The notes under the pieces were generated by a model. That model had not been told where the DNA came from. It did no database searches and saw only the letters and a list, made by a program, of their open reading frames with translations. A stretch of DNA of 63,845 nucleotides, the filler included, from Choristocarpus tenellus KU-1152 (Eukaryota; Protista; Phaeophyceae), in assembly GCA_964200185.2 (NCBI GenBank). It is 9 parts of 9 records of this genome, joined end to end, with 100 filler letters (N's around TTAATTAATTAA, not from the genome) between each part and the next. Parts side by side here need not be neighbours in the genome. Positions count along the whole stretch, not along the records: positions 18,095 to 29,609 come from CAXNAD020002280.1; positions 29,710 to 34,233 come from CAXNAD020014159.1; positions 34,334 to 38,756 come from CAXNAD020014615.1; positions 38,857 to 49,988 come from CAXNAD020002492.1; 5 more parts are not named here. One strand, given 5' to 3'. The number at the start of each line of letters is the position of its first letter. Positions within the stretch are counted from its first letter, which is position 1. Shown here piece by piece: positions 26,878 through 39,559 of this stretch. A program made the translations under genes and the position numbers.

Positions 26878-28214
26878 TGACTCAGTGCGTTCCATCTACA
26901 CCAAATCTCTGCCAGAAAATCAGAGCCAGTTGGACCAGAGATAGGAACGCCCATCTCATCTCGAGTGAGAGAAGCATTGTGAGAGGAGGAAAAAAAAAAG
27001 AAGTTTTATGAGAACCAAGAGAACCAACAAATTTCAACCAAGAGAAATAGGAACCTTTTTGTAGTCAAAGGGCCAAATGAAATTTGCAGTTTTTCCAAAC
27101 TTGCTGCGTTTGCTTTTCTAATTTATTTATTTATTGTTGTTAATAAATACCGAAGTACCTCGAGGTCGGATTTCTCAATGTTCTACTGTCAAACTTTTTC
27201 TCCCTTGTTCTGCTTTTATTTCATTTCTCCCTCCCTGACCAATCCAAATCCTCCCCTCCGACAAAGTGTAGACGCTATCATCATACGGAAGTTGTGCTGA
27301 TCCCAACAGATGGATACCCACACCTGCAATTCACAAGGCCTTCCTGGAATGTGCCACCCCCAACCCTACCCTAACACTAGCACTAATCTTAACACCAACC
27401 CTAACCATATCCCTAAATTAATCCCAAACTCAGGACCCAGCGCTCAGCATAAAGGGACCACCCAATGCCGTGTGTTGATATATTCTGACACCTCTTCCTT
27501 ATTTTTTTTTGTGCTTTTTCCGAGGGAGCTCTTTTTTGTCCACACTTAGCCTGTCTGTGCACGTATGTGTACATTATGTCTATACTATATATAAAATGTA
27601 CATAATATGTAGGTTCTAGAGTCAAGTTCTGTCACCGGGAAGAGGGTTTACACGGTTACAGGATGATTGCGTTGCCGACAAGAATTTCAGACTTTTTTTT
27701 TCTCTTTTTTTGCTTGGAGGACCCTGGTGAGACCGGTGAATACATTGTATATATCGTGTAGACAAATGTATTCACTACATACATCACGCAAGGTGTGTAA
27801 ATAGGGGGGTTTCCAATATCCTGGGAGGGGGGAAGGAGTTTTTTTTTTTTGTCTTCTTGCACAAGCGGGGTAGTAGATGCATATATATATTTTGGTCTTG
27901 TTCATCTGAAGAGTCTCAGAGTGGTGTTCAAAGTTTATCTTTTTTTGAATTGTTGTCGCTGCTGTTGTTCCATCTGTAATTGTTCCATCTGTAGTTTCTC
28001 CAACATCCTCAAGAACACACTTCATACAGCTTCATACAGCTTCATACAGCTTCATACAGCTTCATACGCCATGTGGTACCTGATGAAATGCAGTTGTCCA
28101 CCCATGCCATGCAGTCACATGCCTCATGCACTCGGCCTTCACCTCATGTTATCATAGGTGGGACTTTTTAAGGTGCATCATATTATCTGTATGATAATCT
28201 GTACCTTAGACATG

Positions 28215-28370
28215 TATACTGAGACAAGAAGAGGTATAGAGTACATTTTGCTGTTTTCTCTGAGACAAGGGTATAGATTACCTTTCTCTATTCACTCTGA
28301 GACCGAAAAAGGTATGGAGTACCTTTACCTCTCACTCTGAGACAGAAAAAGGTATAAAGTACCTTCGACG
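28215..28370. repeat. ~37-40 bp degenerate tandem repeat, ~4 copies
   Basis: CTGAGACA..AAGGTATAGAGTACCTT units. Confidence 0.7.
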
Positions 28371-29084
28371 AGACTTTCCGAAATGTGGCTTGCTGTTGCA
28401 CCTGTCACTATCCAGAAAAAAATATTTGTTTTTTGTTTTATGCAGATCGAGAGAGAGAGAGAGAGAGATCCTATAAGAGGTACACCTCGAAGCGTTCTGT
28501 GGCACCTTTCTGAAAACATTTTTTTTAATTTTTAGATGTTCCGTGCTATGTAGCGTGAATCCATCTCCCTGATCAGACTAGTGCATAGTCACAATAGTAG
28601 TAACAATATAACAATAATAACAATAATAACAATATTAACAATAATAACATTGACAATATTAACAATAATAACAATATTGACAATAATAACAATATTGACA
28701 ATATTAACAATAATAACAATAATAACAATAATAATAGTGGTAATGTGTTGCAGGTATGCGTTACATGTATGTACACGTAAAACTTGTTTTTGTTCTTATC
28801 AGATTATATATTTTTTCTCCATGAGTGGCACACACGCAACTACGCTTTATTTTTTTTATTTTACTAGATACTTTTGACCTGCAGGAGTGCTGAAGTTTGC
28901 CTCTTTCCAGGAAGAAGAGGGGGCTTTCGCATTATTTTATTTATGATTATTACTGTTTCACAACCCTAACCCTAAGTTTTTAAAATCTTGTTGTTGAACG
29001 TCGTGTACGTGTTAACGCTCTTGTGCTAGTGGTTGATAATGCCTTTTTGGATCCATACACATGTTTACTCTTTCCTGAAGTCCT

Positions 29085-29568
29085 GCTTCTTGGCTACGGG
29101 TTGATATTTAACTTCTTGGCTACAGGTTAATGTTTTAACTTCTTGGCTATGGGTTGATATTTAACTTCTTGGCTATGGGTTGATATTTAACTTCTTGGCT
29201 ATGGGTTGATATTTAACTTCTTGGCTATGGGTTGATATTTAACTTCTCGGCTATGGGTTAATATTTAACTTCTTGACTACAGGTTAATGTTTTAACTTCT
29301 TGGCTATGGGTTAATATTTAACTTCTTGACTACAGGTTAATGTTTAAACTTCTTAGCTATGGGTTAATATTTAACTTCTTGACTACAGTTTAATATTTTA
29401 ACTTCTTGGCTATGGGTTGATATTTAACTTCTTGACTACAGGTTAATATTTAACATCTTGACTACAGGTTAATATTTAACTTCTTGGCCACAGGTTAATA
29501 TTTAACTTCTTGGCCACGGGTTAATATTTAACTTCTTGACTACAGGTTAATATTTAACTTCTTGGCTT
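29085..29568. repeat. 26-bp minisatellite, ~18 copies
   Basis: TTAACTTCTTGRCTAYRGGTTRATAT repeated. Confidence 0.92.
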
Positions 29569-30746
29569 CGCCTCTTCCCCCTCTTCCCCCATTTCCCCCT
29601 TCCCCCCCCNNNNNNNNNNNNNNNNNNNNNNNNNNNNNNNNNNNNNNNNNNNNTTAATTAATTAANNNNNNNNNNNNNNNNNNNNNNNNNNNNNNNNNNN
29701 NNNNNNNNNGTTTTCGCAAAACAACCATCCTCATAGTCCCGCTCCTTCCTCAATTTTGAAAATCCACTGTTACAACAGGTAGACCCATTCTTGTCCTCTA
29801 CCAATAAAAATATCTAGAAAACATGTAGTGAAGACTATTCTGCACTTCATAACGATAATTAAGCAAGATGTGGATGGACCAAAGTGTATATCCATATCCT
29901 GAAATGCTAGCATTTCTTTTTCATTTTTTCAAATCCATAGATTTCTAGAATATATGAACAACAGTTATATACAAAATATAATTTGGTTCTAAGATATAAA
30001 GAAAGCAGGGACCTACAAGGTACTAACCCCTACCTGTCTATTGGTCGTTCCTTTGATGAAACTCGCTATATATATGACGAGATAATATATTCACCTCTAT
30101 CACCTCATTCGAAAGTCTAGAACGGAAGACCCGACATTTGTGGCGATACAAAAATATTGGGGTTAGGAAACGGATTGGAAATTTTTGAGGTAGGTGGAGA
30201 GTATGGATACTATATCATACCCCTGTGACGAATACCCCTACAAAATACTTCATAGAAGAAGATAGAGAGCAAGTGGTTACCTGTAAAACTGTGAAACCCT
30301 CCGATCCTTAGGTTCGCAATCCACTGTTTTCTCCAACTACATGTCTTGAATAGTGTAGTGGTGGGAAGAATAACTGCCAGTGACATGAAGAATGGATATT
30401 TGACTCTAGTAGATGGAGGAAGGTTTCTTGGAACCATCTTGTTGATGTATAGGTGATTGTTTCTTTGTCGATCTTATGACATAATTAGTTGAAGTTATCA
30501 AAAAGATAAATTTGTTATTAGTTGCAAAGGTAAATATTTTCGTCAAAAAAACTTCCCTCATATATGCGTTGTTGTAAGGTCTTCACCTCATCAACCAATC
30601 CAGAAACCAACCCAGTAATCTATCTAGGGGCAAGTAGGGAAAAGGTGGAACAGACTTTTTCAACAAGGATGTGTGGGTTTGAACAGGAGGACGCCAGGAG
30701 GATATCATCTTCATGAGTCGGTGTCGAATATGCCCGCCCTCGCAGA

Positions 30747-31691
30747 ATGCAAGCTTTTGTAAGCGACAGGAGTAAGAATTTGACAGTCGTCTCGAAGTCC
30801 ACTATCTCACATCCCAATGAGTCTGATGGTGAGGGAGAGGGTTATAGAGCAGATGGGGAGGGCTGCGAAGGCCAAAATGAGGATGAGGCTTTTAGGGAAA
30901 GGGTCGCTTGCGCCAAGCTCAACCTGAAGAGAAACCGGAGAAGAAGGTTAAGAAAAAGAGAAAGTGGGAGGTGCAAGTTCCCTTCCTGGCAAGTGGATTC
31001 GGATTCTGACACGAGCGAAGAGGTGCAAGGCAGACGCCTCAGAGTACTTTCTCGAGGCAGCGCAGAGGTGGAATTTTCGCGGATAGATAGACGAGGCAAG
31101 AGTATCTTTGAGCTCGTGATTGGCGTTGCGGATACTGAAGAGGGCACGACCAATGAGGGGTGGGAAATGATGCCAGGAGACTGGATCCGACCTGTTGGGA
31201 CTCCGGAGTGGGAACAGACGCAGTTTGTAACACCCAAAATATCAGTGTTGGAGGGCGTCACTTTGTCAGTTCAGTCGGGAATGAGTGAGAGTGATGTGAA
31301 TGATGTTGCTGGCGAAGGTGACCTTGAAGACGGATGCTGCAGAGATGTGAACTATGTTGATGGGGGTGTTATGGAGACCTTGGCAGATGCCATGAGGGAT
31401 TGCCTTAATTCACCCAATGAATCGGGAGAAATAAATAAACCTACGAACAAGGAAACTGGAGGAAGGAATCGCGATGAAAGTATCTGTTCTTTGCTGGGAG
31501 GCCAGGAGCTTGGAGGTACTTGCGGAACAAGCAAGCGGAAAGCCGCTGAGGATCAAGACGTAGGACCTGATCACGTGCAACACTTCGTCACGGTATGTAG
31601 TGAAGGTGCCACTGATTGCGACTATGTTTCTTCAGTGAAAAAATGTAGATTTCAGCCTGTCGTGCCCGTCGAGGGTTGTCAGAGGATGTAA
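30747..31691 (+). CDS. Uncharacterised 314-aa acidic, low-complexity ORF with an Arg/Lys cluster
   Basis: Longest open frame outside GCN1; no family recognised; lies upstream of a decayed TE ORF. Confidence 0.3.
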   Translation: MQAFVSDRSKNLTVVSKSTISHPNESDGEGEGYRADGEGCEGQNEDEAFRERVACAKLNLKRNRRRRLRKRESGRCKFPSWQVDSDSDTSEEVQGRRLRVLSRGSAEVEFSRIDRRGKSIFELVIGVADTEEGTTNEGWEMMPGDWIRPVGTPEWEQTQFVTPKISVLEGVTLSVQSGMSESDVNDVAGEGDLEDGCCRDVNYVDGGVMETLADAMRDCLNSPNESGEINKPTNKETGGRNRDESICSLLGGQELGGTCGTSKRKAAEDQDVGPDHVQHFVTVCSEGATDCDYVSSVKKCRFQPVVPVEGCQRM

Positions 31692-32499
31692 AAATTTGAT
31701 ATTCTTAGTGGATAGTGGGGGCACCAGACCGAGAAGACTTTTCAGGACGATTCCTATTCGTTTCAGGCTGACAGTGGCTAAAGGAGACACTGGCATAGTG
31801 TCTATATTTGTGTATGTACGTAAGTATGTTGATAATATGAAGCAGAGGAGCCTCATGCTTTTCCCAAACTCTCCTCCATCCTGTCTGAAGTTATTGCAGC
31901 TCAGTGACGTTGCACTTCCATCATATCATAACCTCAAGACACTCCGCTAGTAATCAGCCCATCGTATCCGCAGGACAGGAATCTGTGCAAGATCTCGCTA
32001 CTTTCTATCCACGTAAGAAAATCTTGAGCTTCATGTGTAGTGTGGTAGTTGTGTGAGTCAGCACCTACCCAGTTTCCATACACATGATCATCTCACATTT
32101 CAGACTTGCTTTGCATATACAATACCCACCCAATCGCCATACTCTCTGAGCATATGCGGAAGAGAGCTGGGACAGATTGACTTCATAATAACCTGATTTA
32201 CAGTACTGATCATGTGAGGTCATGCATATTCCTTCATATTGGTTGAGGTAGGTGTTACAGACCAAATGATAAGATAGGTGGTACCTCTCTCCTGCACTGA
32301 ATGTAATTTACATACCATTCACTCAAAAACGTCTTGACCTGCACCTGATCACTACTCAAAAAGGAGTTGCACCCAAGATCAACAGATTTGTGATGTATAC
32401 GAGAGACATCACTCCCATGCGTCACACATGTAACCAGCATTACCAAGGTGACAACTCTTCACATGTAAATGGAAGTGAAGACAGAGCCGTGCGCACCAG

Positions 32500-33880
32500 A
32501 AATATGGTAATGCGGTGTATCTACCGATCAAGATTAACCCGATTTCATGCAACTTTGTGTCGTGTGAGCACTACAAGGTTTCTTGCTCGAAGAGAACTTG
32601 CACCTACAAAATCCTCCACTCCCTGCCCGGACCACAGGTAGCCATCTCACTGCTGCAGGTCCGACAAGTTCACCACACCACTGTACACTGCTTGTGTAGG
32701 AGTTGCTCTACCTCCCTTCCCCTTCGCTTCTGAGATGTGTCTTGTTTGTGCTGTTGAGGCTGGGGGAGGACCCAGTACCCACCATATCTGTTGATACACA
32801 TATGGGATTACTGCAGAGCTACTACCTACAAATGTCCAGAACATAGTTGCAAGCATTGGAAACAGCATGGTGTGTGTTTTATTTTCTTAAGGAGAGATAC
32901 TACTACGCTGAATATATCCATGTTTACTCCCACAACCTTAGCTTCTTCTATTCAACACCACAGCATGTCATCAATGGCAAACAGCCAAGGCAAACCAAGG
33001 TATGGCTCGAACTTCCTTGCCTGCTGACTGCCCCACACGATAAACAACTAACTACTGTAATTGCAAGGTTAAAGAAGCTAATGCAGCTTCAAGAACAAGA
33101 AGTGCTGGCTGCCCCTTTCACCCCTCACTGCTGCAGGTTGGAGAAGAATGAAACCAGACAAAGGTTGTGCTGCAAGAGCTCCTTGATCCTGTGAGAGTTC
33201 TCCACCTGCGCCAACACGAGGGGAAGAGAAAGTGAACCACTTGAGGACAAAAGCAAACAAACTGGTATTGCATGCCTTCTAACAATTGAGGACATGCTCC
33301 AACCAATGAGGAACAAGGATGGGACACACGTGCCGCTGGGCTCAGCCATTCCACAGTCCTCCTGGGAGAGAGGTCTTGTACCCACAACCACGTAACACAC
33401 AAGGCGCCACTCACTACCTTACTGGTAAAGAAGGGCCACAAAGGACAACGTTGATAATCCGAAAAAAAAATGGTCACCGTGATCTGTGCATCACAGTAGT
33501 CTTGTTTAAAAAAAAATATCGTCATGCATCCCTCCAACAAGCCTTCCCTGCAGTTGGAATGGAACATGCAAGGGCATCAATTCCAGAACTTTCTCTCAAC
33601 GGAACCGATTTTTTTTTCGCCTTCCTTGGTGTATATTAGGTCAATACTAGTGACAATAAATGGTCATATGAGACCTCCCTATGCCAAGGGTTTCGACAAA
33701 ATATTCACGCACATGCCAATCTGTTCCTTTCATTCTGCACATGGGGTAGCATTGGATACAAGAAATGATATGCCACAGGCATGAATTCAGGGTCCTCTTT
33801 CCTTTTGATGAGCTTAATCCACAACTCGCCAATGCCAGCGAACTGCAGTCTTGAAAACACAATGCACACATTCTTGGAAG
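32500..33880 (+). pseudogene. Decayed SWIM + Ulp1-like peptidase transposon ORF
   Basis: HYKVSCSKRTCTYKILHSLPGPQVAI (~32570-32645); SLNGTDFFFAFL; VPFILHMG*HWIQEMIC...FRVLFL (~33590-33810). Confidence 0.45.
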
Positions 33881-34949
33881 TTTATGTCTAATGAAAAAAA
33901 AACATATTATAAATTTAAAAGGAAATCAAGGTTCTCAGGTCGTGTGCAAAGAGATATCATGGGAAACAAACAAGAATCGACTTGAATACGTCGGAATAAT
34001 ATGAAAAAAATTATAAACGAAAATTCAAACACAAGAGAATCGAATCAAGCGCGGGGGGCACACATAATAATCCTCATACACCCTCCATTTCCACTATAAT
34101 TTCTTGGGGAAAACTAGAAAAAAAATGGTACATGCATGTTTCTACTTCTTTGACACGGTCTTGAACCCCCTGCCCACATCAAGCATCTGCTAGAAAAGGA
34201 TGCAAACAACAGGCTACAAATAGAATTACCCGCNNNNNNNNNNNNNNNNNNNNNNNNNNNNNNNNNNNNNNNNNNNNTTAATTAATTAANNNNNNNNNNN
34301 NNNNNNNNNNNNNNNNNNNNNNNNNNNNNNNNNCCTCCTGTGGGTCTTCCCGCTCCCCTTCAGTCTGAAGAACCTGTTGGCTTGTTTCCATCTGTTTCAC
34401 AATATGCACCTACTAGATACAGTACATCTTAACCTTCGACATGTACACATTTATCATTTTCACAGGCAGTAATAATCAGGGGTGAGTGAGTATGCATGTG
34501 CCCTCAATGGCTGGAGCTGTCTTAAGTGCTGCTTTTGCTTGATGTACACCTTCATTCACCTATTACAGGTTCCCTGGAATGCCACTTGTCCATAAAACTC
34601 TTTTTTTGTGCCGTAAACCAACCTCATGCCCACATGCACACCACTCTGTGCCGATTACTCATTGCTTGTGCTGGTTAATTGCCCATCCATGCACTCCATC
34701 CTTCAATAACCGTGATCTCAAACTTCCGAAGGTCGTTTGTAGGTTGTAGGTCGTTTACGGAGGGCTTTCAGAACACAACTGAGGCGTTTGCATTATTTGA
34801 TCTTTGAACCAACCATATTTGTATTTCTTGATTTCTTGAAACATGAATATGTGCTCCTTGAAAGGAAGGACCTGTGGTGACTCCTGGAACAAATAACAGA
34901 GCTGTAAGCCCCAGCGTGAGGTGGATTCCGTACAAGTGACCATAGATGA

Positions 34950-37900
34950 GTTCCTGTGGTTGAATTGTCTATAATTCAATTGGATTCTCGAGACCTGACC
35001 GTAGGATCGAGCGCGGCGTTAGAATTGGTTGAGGAAGGCCAACACCTGATGGCGGGAGCTTGCTGGAGCTTGGAGTGCACACAACCAGGCAGAAAGGAGA
35101 AGGGCGACTAGATTGAAGGGTGCCGACATGTCGAGGAACGACGGAGGTGGACCTGGTGCAGCCTGGGGGGGCTTGCGTTAGAGCGATTGGTCCAAGTTGC
35201 AGATTGCGCAGCACGTTCAACCTCCACGTGTTGAGAGACTGGCAGAGAAGGAGGTGAGGGGATTTCTGACAGCTGGGCGGAATACGAGATGAGTGTTAGG
35301 GTGAAGAACTAAAAAGGAGGTGTGCAAATTGCGCTTCTGAAGCTGTCCGAGTCCCTAACCGTTGCTCAGAGACGAGCACTGATGAGGTGCGGACTCAAAA
35401 GCAATTGGGCTGCAGCCACGGAGGAGCAACTCCTAAAAGCGCTCAAGAGGGTGGCGAGAATCGATGACGAAGACCGAACCCTCGACATTGGGCAAATGTA
35501 AAGGGATTTGCACAGGGTGGCCCGGATGGGAAATGAAGAGGTCGCCACTGATCGGGTGATGGGAGTGATCCAGGACATGGAGGGCTATCTCGAAGGTAAT
35601 AATCTGGATGGCGTTTTCCGAGGGAATGCTGGACAGGTAGGGGAAAATTGGAGGGCATGTCCGGGGAAGGTACCCTGAGAGGCCTTTATTGAAGGGCTCA
35701 AATCCCCTGCGTTCAAGGTCGAATTTTCCAAGTATGTAACATAGCAAGCCGAAAATTGGAGGACTTATGAGAGGGCCCAGGCATACGAAACGAAACGAAC
35801 TGAGCAATGCGAACCTGGTGGCCGACACCAAGGTGGGAAGTCTAAGTTTGGGGGGAAGATAGGCAAGCCAAGGGGAGGTAGACCTAGTACAGGATTGAGT
35901 GTGAGGAAGGACAAGTTCCAAGGGACTTGTGATGGATGCGGGGTGTTTGGACATCAACATGCTCAATACCGAAGCTTGCTGGTTGGAGTCCGGAAAGAGC
36001 AGCAGCATGGGCAGCATGGGCATGGGCAGCCACAACAATGTGGTAGAGGTACAGACCCTGGGAGGGGATCTGGGCCAGGGCAAGGGCAACAACCTGGGGG
36101 CACTAGACTTTAGCCCTCGAGTGTAGGGGTAGCAACAAGGCGTCTAGGTGCAGCCCTAGGCGCAAGGAGCCAATTCCGCATTGGCTAGGTCCCCAGCCTG
36201 CTACCGAGTTCTGGCAAGGCACTGGTGGTGGGAGTACTAGTGTCAGGGCAGTGAGGGTCAATGAGATGGTTCCTGATGATGTAGATCATGGGATGACTCT
36301 GCTGCTGCCAAGCCTGGATCCCAACATCAATCCTTGTGCAGACCATACTGGACTGTGCAAAACCCAGGGTACTCTTGAGGATGCGTCCCTGGCTATGGAA
36401 GGGGTGGATGTGGAAAGGTTGAGGTACCATGGTACAGCAGCAGATGTAACACCGGTGTGGGTCAACATGCACGGGAAGTTGTCTTTCAGTATGAAGGCCC
36501 CGATGGACCCAGGATCACGGCTGACAGGAATATCTGAGAGGCTGGTGAAGAGAATGCAGCAGTATTTTGGTGGAGCAGCGCTGCCGAAGCCCCTCCACCA
36601 ACCCTTCCTGGTAAAGATAGCAAATGGTTTGTCTGAGACCATGGGGAATGTGATATGTCCCTTAAATGTGGCACTCCGCTCAGGCTAAGGGCCCGTGGTG
36701 GTAAGAAATCTTGGCTTGGCAGTTATACCAGGCAATGATGATGTGTTAATTATGGGCAGCAAGACATTTACGGGTCATGTTAGGCTTTGACATGAAGCAA
36801 TCCTTTGAGGAGGCGGATCAAAGCAAGACAGGACTGCGCATCGCAGGTCTGGAACAAGATATTACTTCTACAGGGCATGTGAGTGTTAGTGTGGAGTTGA
36901 TGCAGGAGAGCATGTGGACTGCTCATCTGGACAGAGGCGAGACAGAGGAGATGACTCGGCCTCAACACTGCTGGAACAAGGCCCTGAGCTCACAATGGAC
37001 CCTGCAGAGGAGGAAAATAGATGGGGCTTGGGCTTAGAAACCTCCTTACAGGAGGTGCAAAGGGTCGGGATGCCCTTGGGTGCCTGGGGGCGCCTACAAC
37101 AATTGATAGCAACCCAGACCAATGTGTTCCGGGTATCGTTGGGGGTTGAACTGCCTGCCAAGGTGGAGCCCATGCGCGTGGTGCTGAAGGAAGGGGCGAG
37201 CGACTCCTGTGAAGGCCATACCCAGGGGATACCATCCGGAGTGACAGAGTTGGATGGCAGGATTTGTGGGCCAGGTGGTTGTACTGGGGATTCCGAGGCA
37301 GACCCCGCAGGATGCATGGAGCAGCCCATCATTGCTTTTGCCCAAGCCTCAAGGTACGGACGGGGCTATCAGCTGGTGACGGATTTCAGTGTGGTGAACA
37401 TTGTCTCACAGGGGGTGGCGCTCTCACACTCCATGGAGGAGTGCGTTGTACTGATGTCTCCAGATGCCTCTGACAAGCACTGGGGGTGTTTTGTTACACA
37501 GGTCCCTCAGGTGGAGCTGAATGGAGGTGCGGTAGTGGAAGATATGAGCCATGAGGCCCTGGGATTCCTGAGTGGTTCTTTGTGGGGATCACAGCTACGC
37601 TGGGCCATGGTGCATACATAAGGAGGCGTTTGCCATGTCCGCAATCTTGTATACATCTTTTTTTCACTCATCCCTGTGTATCACAGATCTGTCCAAGGCC
37701 ACTGCTCAACATCTTTTGCATTGGGCCATGTTCCTGGGACAGTACACGACTGGGCCGGCCATCCAGCACATCAGTGGAGAGCAGAACTGCTGGGGGGACT
37801 TGTTGTCCAGGTGGACTGGTGTCGCTGTGGTTGTGGTGCGAGCTGTAGGCGTGTCTACGGAGGTGCAGGGGGAGGACACCCTGCCATGAAGAGAGGTGGT

Positions 37901-38470
37901 GCATGAGGCACAACTAGCGGGCAGCAAGGCCCTAGGGGTTGTGACGGTGAATGGAAGCGGAGGATTTATGACCTCTGCTGGGCGTGTACATGGAAGACCA
38001 GGATGGCATGATGCGGGTGGGTGGCGGGAAAATAGCCCCACTGTGGATACCTGATGAGGTAAAGGATCTATGGACACGCCTGATGGTGTGTGCACACATG
38101 GGTGAAGCTGGGCATTGTTGCAGGGCAGCAATGGTGCAGCGCCTGAAGAGGTTGTGGTTCTATGCAGACAAGGAGCTGAACGTGACCACATAGATGGAGG
38201 AAATATTCCAGTAAATGCAGAACCAGGGGGAATTATAGATGTCTCTGATATTCTGGCAGTGCACAGGGTAGAAGGGTATGAAAACCAGGTTTTGTTGGAT
38301 TGGTTGGGGTTTAGTTTGAACAAGAGGACATGGGAGGCACTCTGTTCCACTTCAGAGGATGCCCCTGTCTTTCTGTGCAAACAGTTGAAGGAACTGAAGT
38401 TGCATGCTCAAGTGCGCAATGCGATTTGGCAGTGGTACAAGATTGACATTTGAGTTGGACATTGTATGCT
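34950..38470 (+). mobile_element. Degenerate Ty3/Gypsy LTR retrotransposon with chromodomain (gag, PR, partial RT, RNase H, partial IN, chromo)
   Basis: Zn-knuckle-like CDGCGVFGHQHAQY; RNase H DASDKHWGCFVTQV...GFLSGSLWGSQLRWA..KEAFA and QHISGEQNCWGDLLSRW; IN zinc region RLMVCAHMGEAGH; chromo VLLDWLGF...TWEAL...EDAP; stops, frameshifts and deletions. Confidence 0.88.
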
Positions 38471-38536
38471 TTTGTTTGTTGAGCTGGCAGTTTTGCTGCT
38501 ACTGATAGCATGCTTGGGTCTGGGGGTGTCGTAGAC

Positions 38537-38756
38537 GAGTTCAAGTATCTTAGAGGGTACGAGTTTTGCCCTGTTTGTCCATTTGGGGCTTGGCTTCCCA
38601 TGTTTTTTTAATGACATTTTCCTACTCCAAAATGTATACGTTATGAAAGGTGTTTCCAGAACTAGGATATTGACACTTCCTAACAAACAACATAGCCAAA
38701 ATTACATCAAAATCGAAACATTGGATTTTATTCCCCAAACAGACGCGGCCCTACCC
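38537..38756 (+). mobile_element. MITE family A copy, cut by assembly gap
   Basis: GAGTTCAAGTATCTTAGAGGGTACGAG start; body matches 8614-8871. Confidence 0.88.
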
Positions 38757-39002
38757 NNNNNNNNNNNNNNNNNNNNNNNNNNNNNNNNNNNNNNNNNNNN
38801 TTAATTAATTAANNNNNNNNNNNNNNNNNNNNNNNNNNNNNNNNNNNNNNNNNNNNGTTACGGCGGGGTAGATGTCTTCTAGCTTAAAGGCACGGTTTGA
38901 AGGGGATCATGAAAGGGTGTTCTTGGATGATTGTGGAGTGGTGTTGAGTGGTGTGAGAACTGCTGTGGGGTTGAGGGGAGTGGGAACCTGTGTGGGTTGA
39001 AA

Positions 39003-39172
39003 GGATGGCTGGCAATCAGTGACGAAGGGCATTTGCACTGGTTGGTCATCAAATGTGGGGATGGCTGGCAATCAGTGACAAAGGGCAGTTGCACTGGTTG
39101 GTCATCAAATGTGGGGATGGCTGGCAATCAGGAACGAAGGGCAGTCGCACTGGTTGGTCATCCAATGTGGAA
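39003..39172. repeat. ~56-bp tandem repeat, 3 copies
   Basis: GGATGGCTGGCAATCAGTGAC.AAGGGCA.TTGCACTGGTTGGTCATCAAATGTGG. Confidence 0.85.
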
Positions 39173-39262
39173 TAGAGAATAGAGGAATGGCAAATTAGGA
39201 ATGAGCAAATAATAATAATAATCCAGAATTCGTGAGCAAAGCAAACTGCCAATTTGTAATCA

Positions 39263-39501
39263 GACCCAAAGTATTTAAGTGGGTAGGCATCTGTTCGGGG
39301 TCATAAATTCAATATTGCGATTTTGATTCATTTTGGTTATCGTGACCGTTAGCAAGTGCCAATATCCTTGTTCCAGACACGCCCCTTTTTGGTAACTATG
39401 TTCATACAGAAAACCGAAAAAGGTCACAAAGAAAACACGGGAAGCCAAGTCCCGAACAGACAAAGAGCGTAAAACTCCTACCGTCTGAAATGCTTTGGCT
39501 C
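39263..39501 (-). mobile_element. Diverged MITE family A copy
   Basis: GACCCAAAGTATTT...AAATGCTTTGGCTC; internal AAGTGCCAATATCCTTGTTC and GGAAGCCAAGTCCC shared with family A. Confidence 0.75.
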
Positions 39502-39559
39502 ACCAATTAACAATATTTCGATTCATCCAATGTTCAACTAATTGATTTTACCATGAAAT

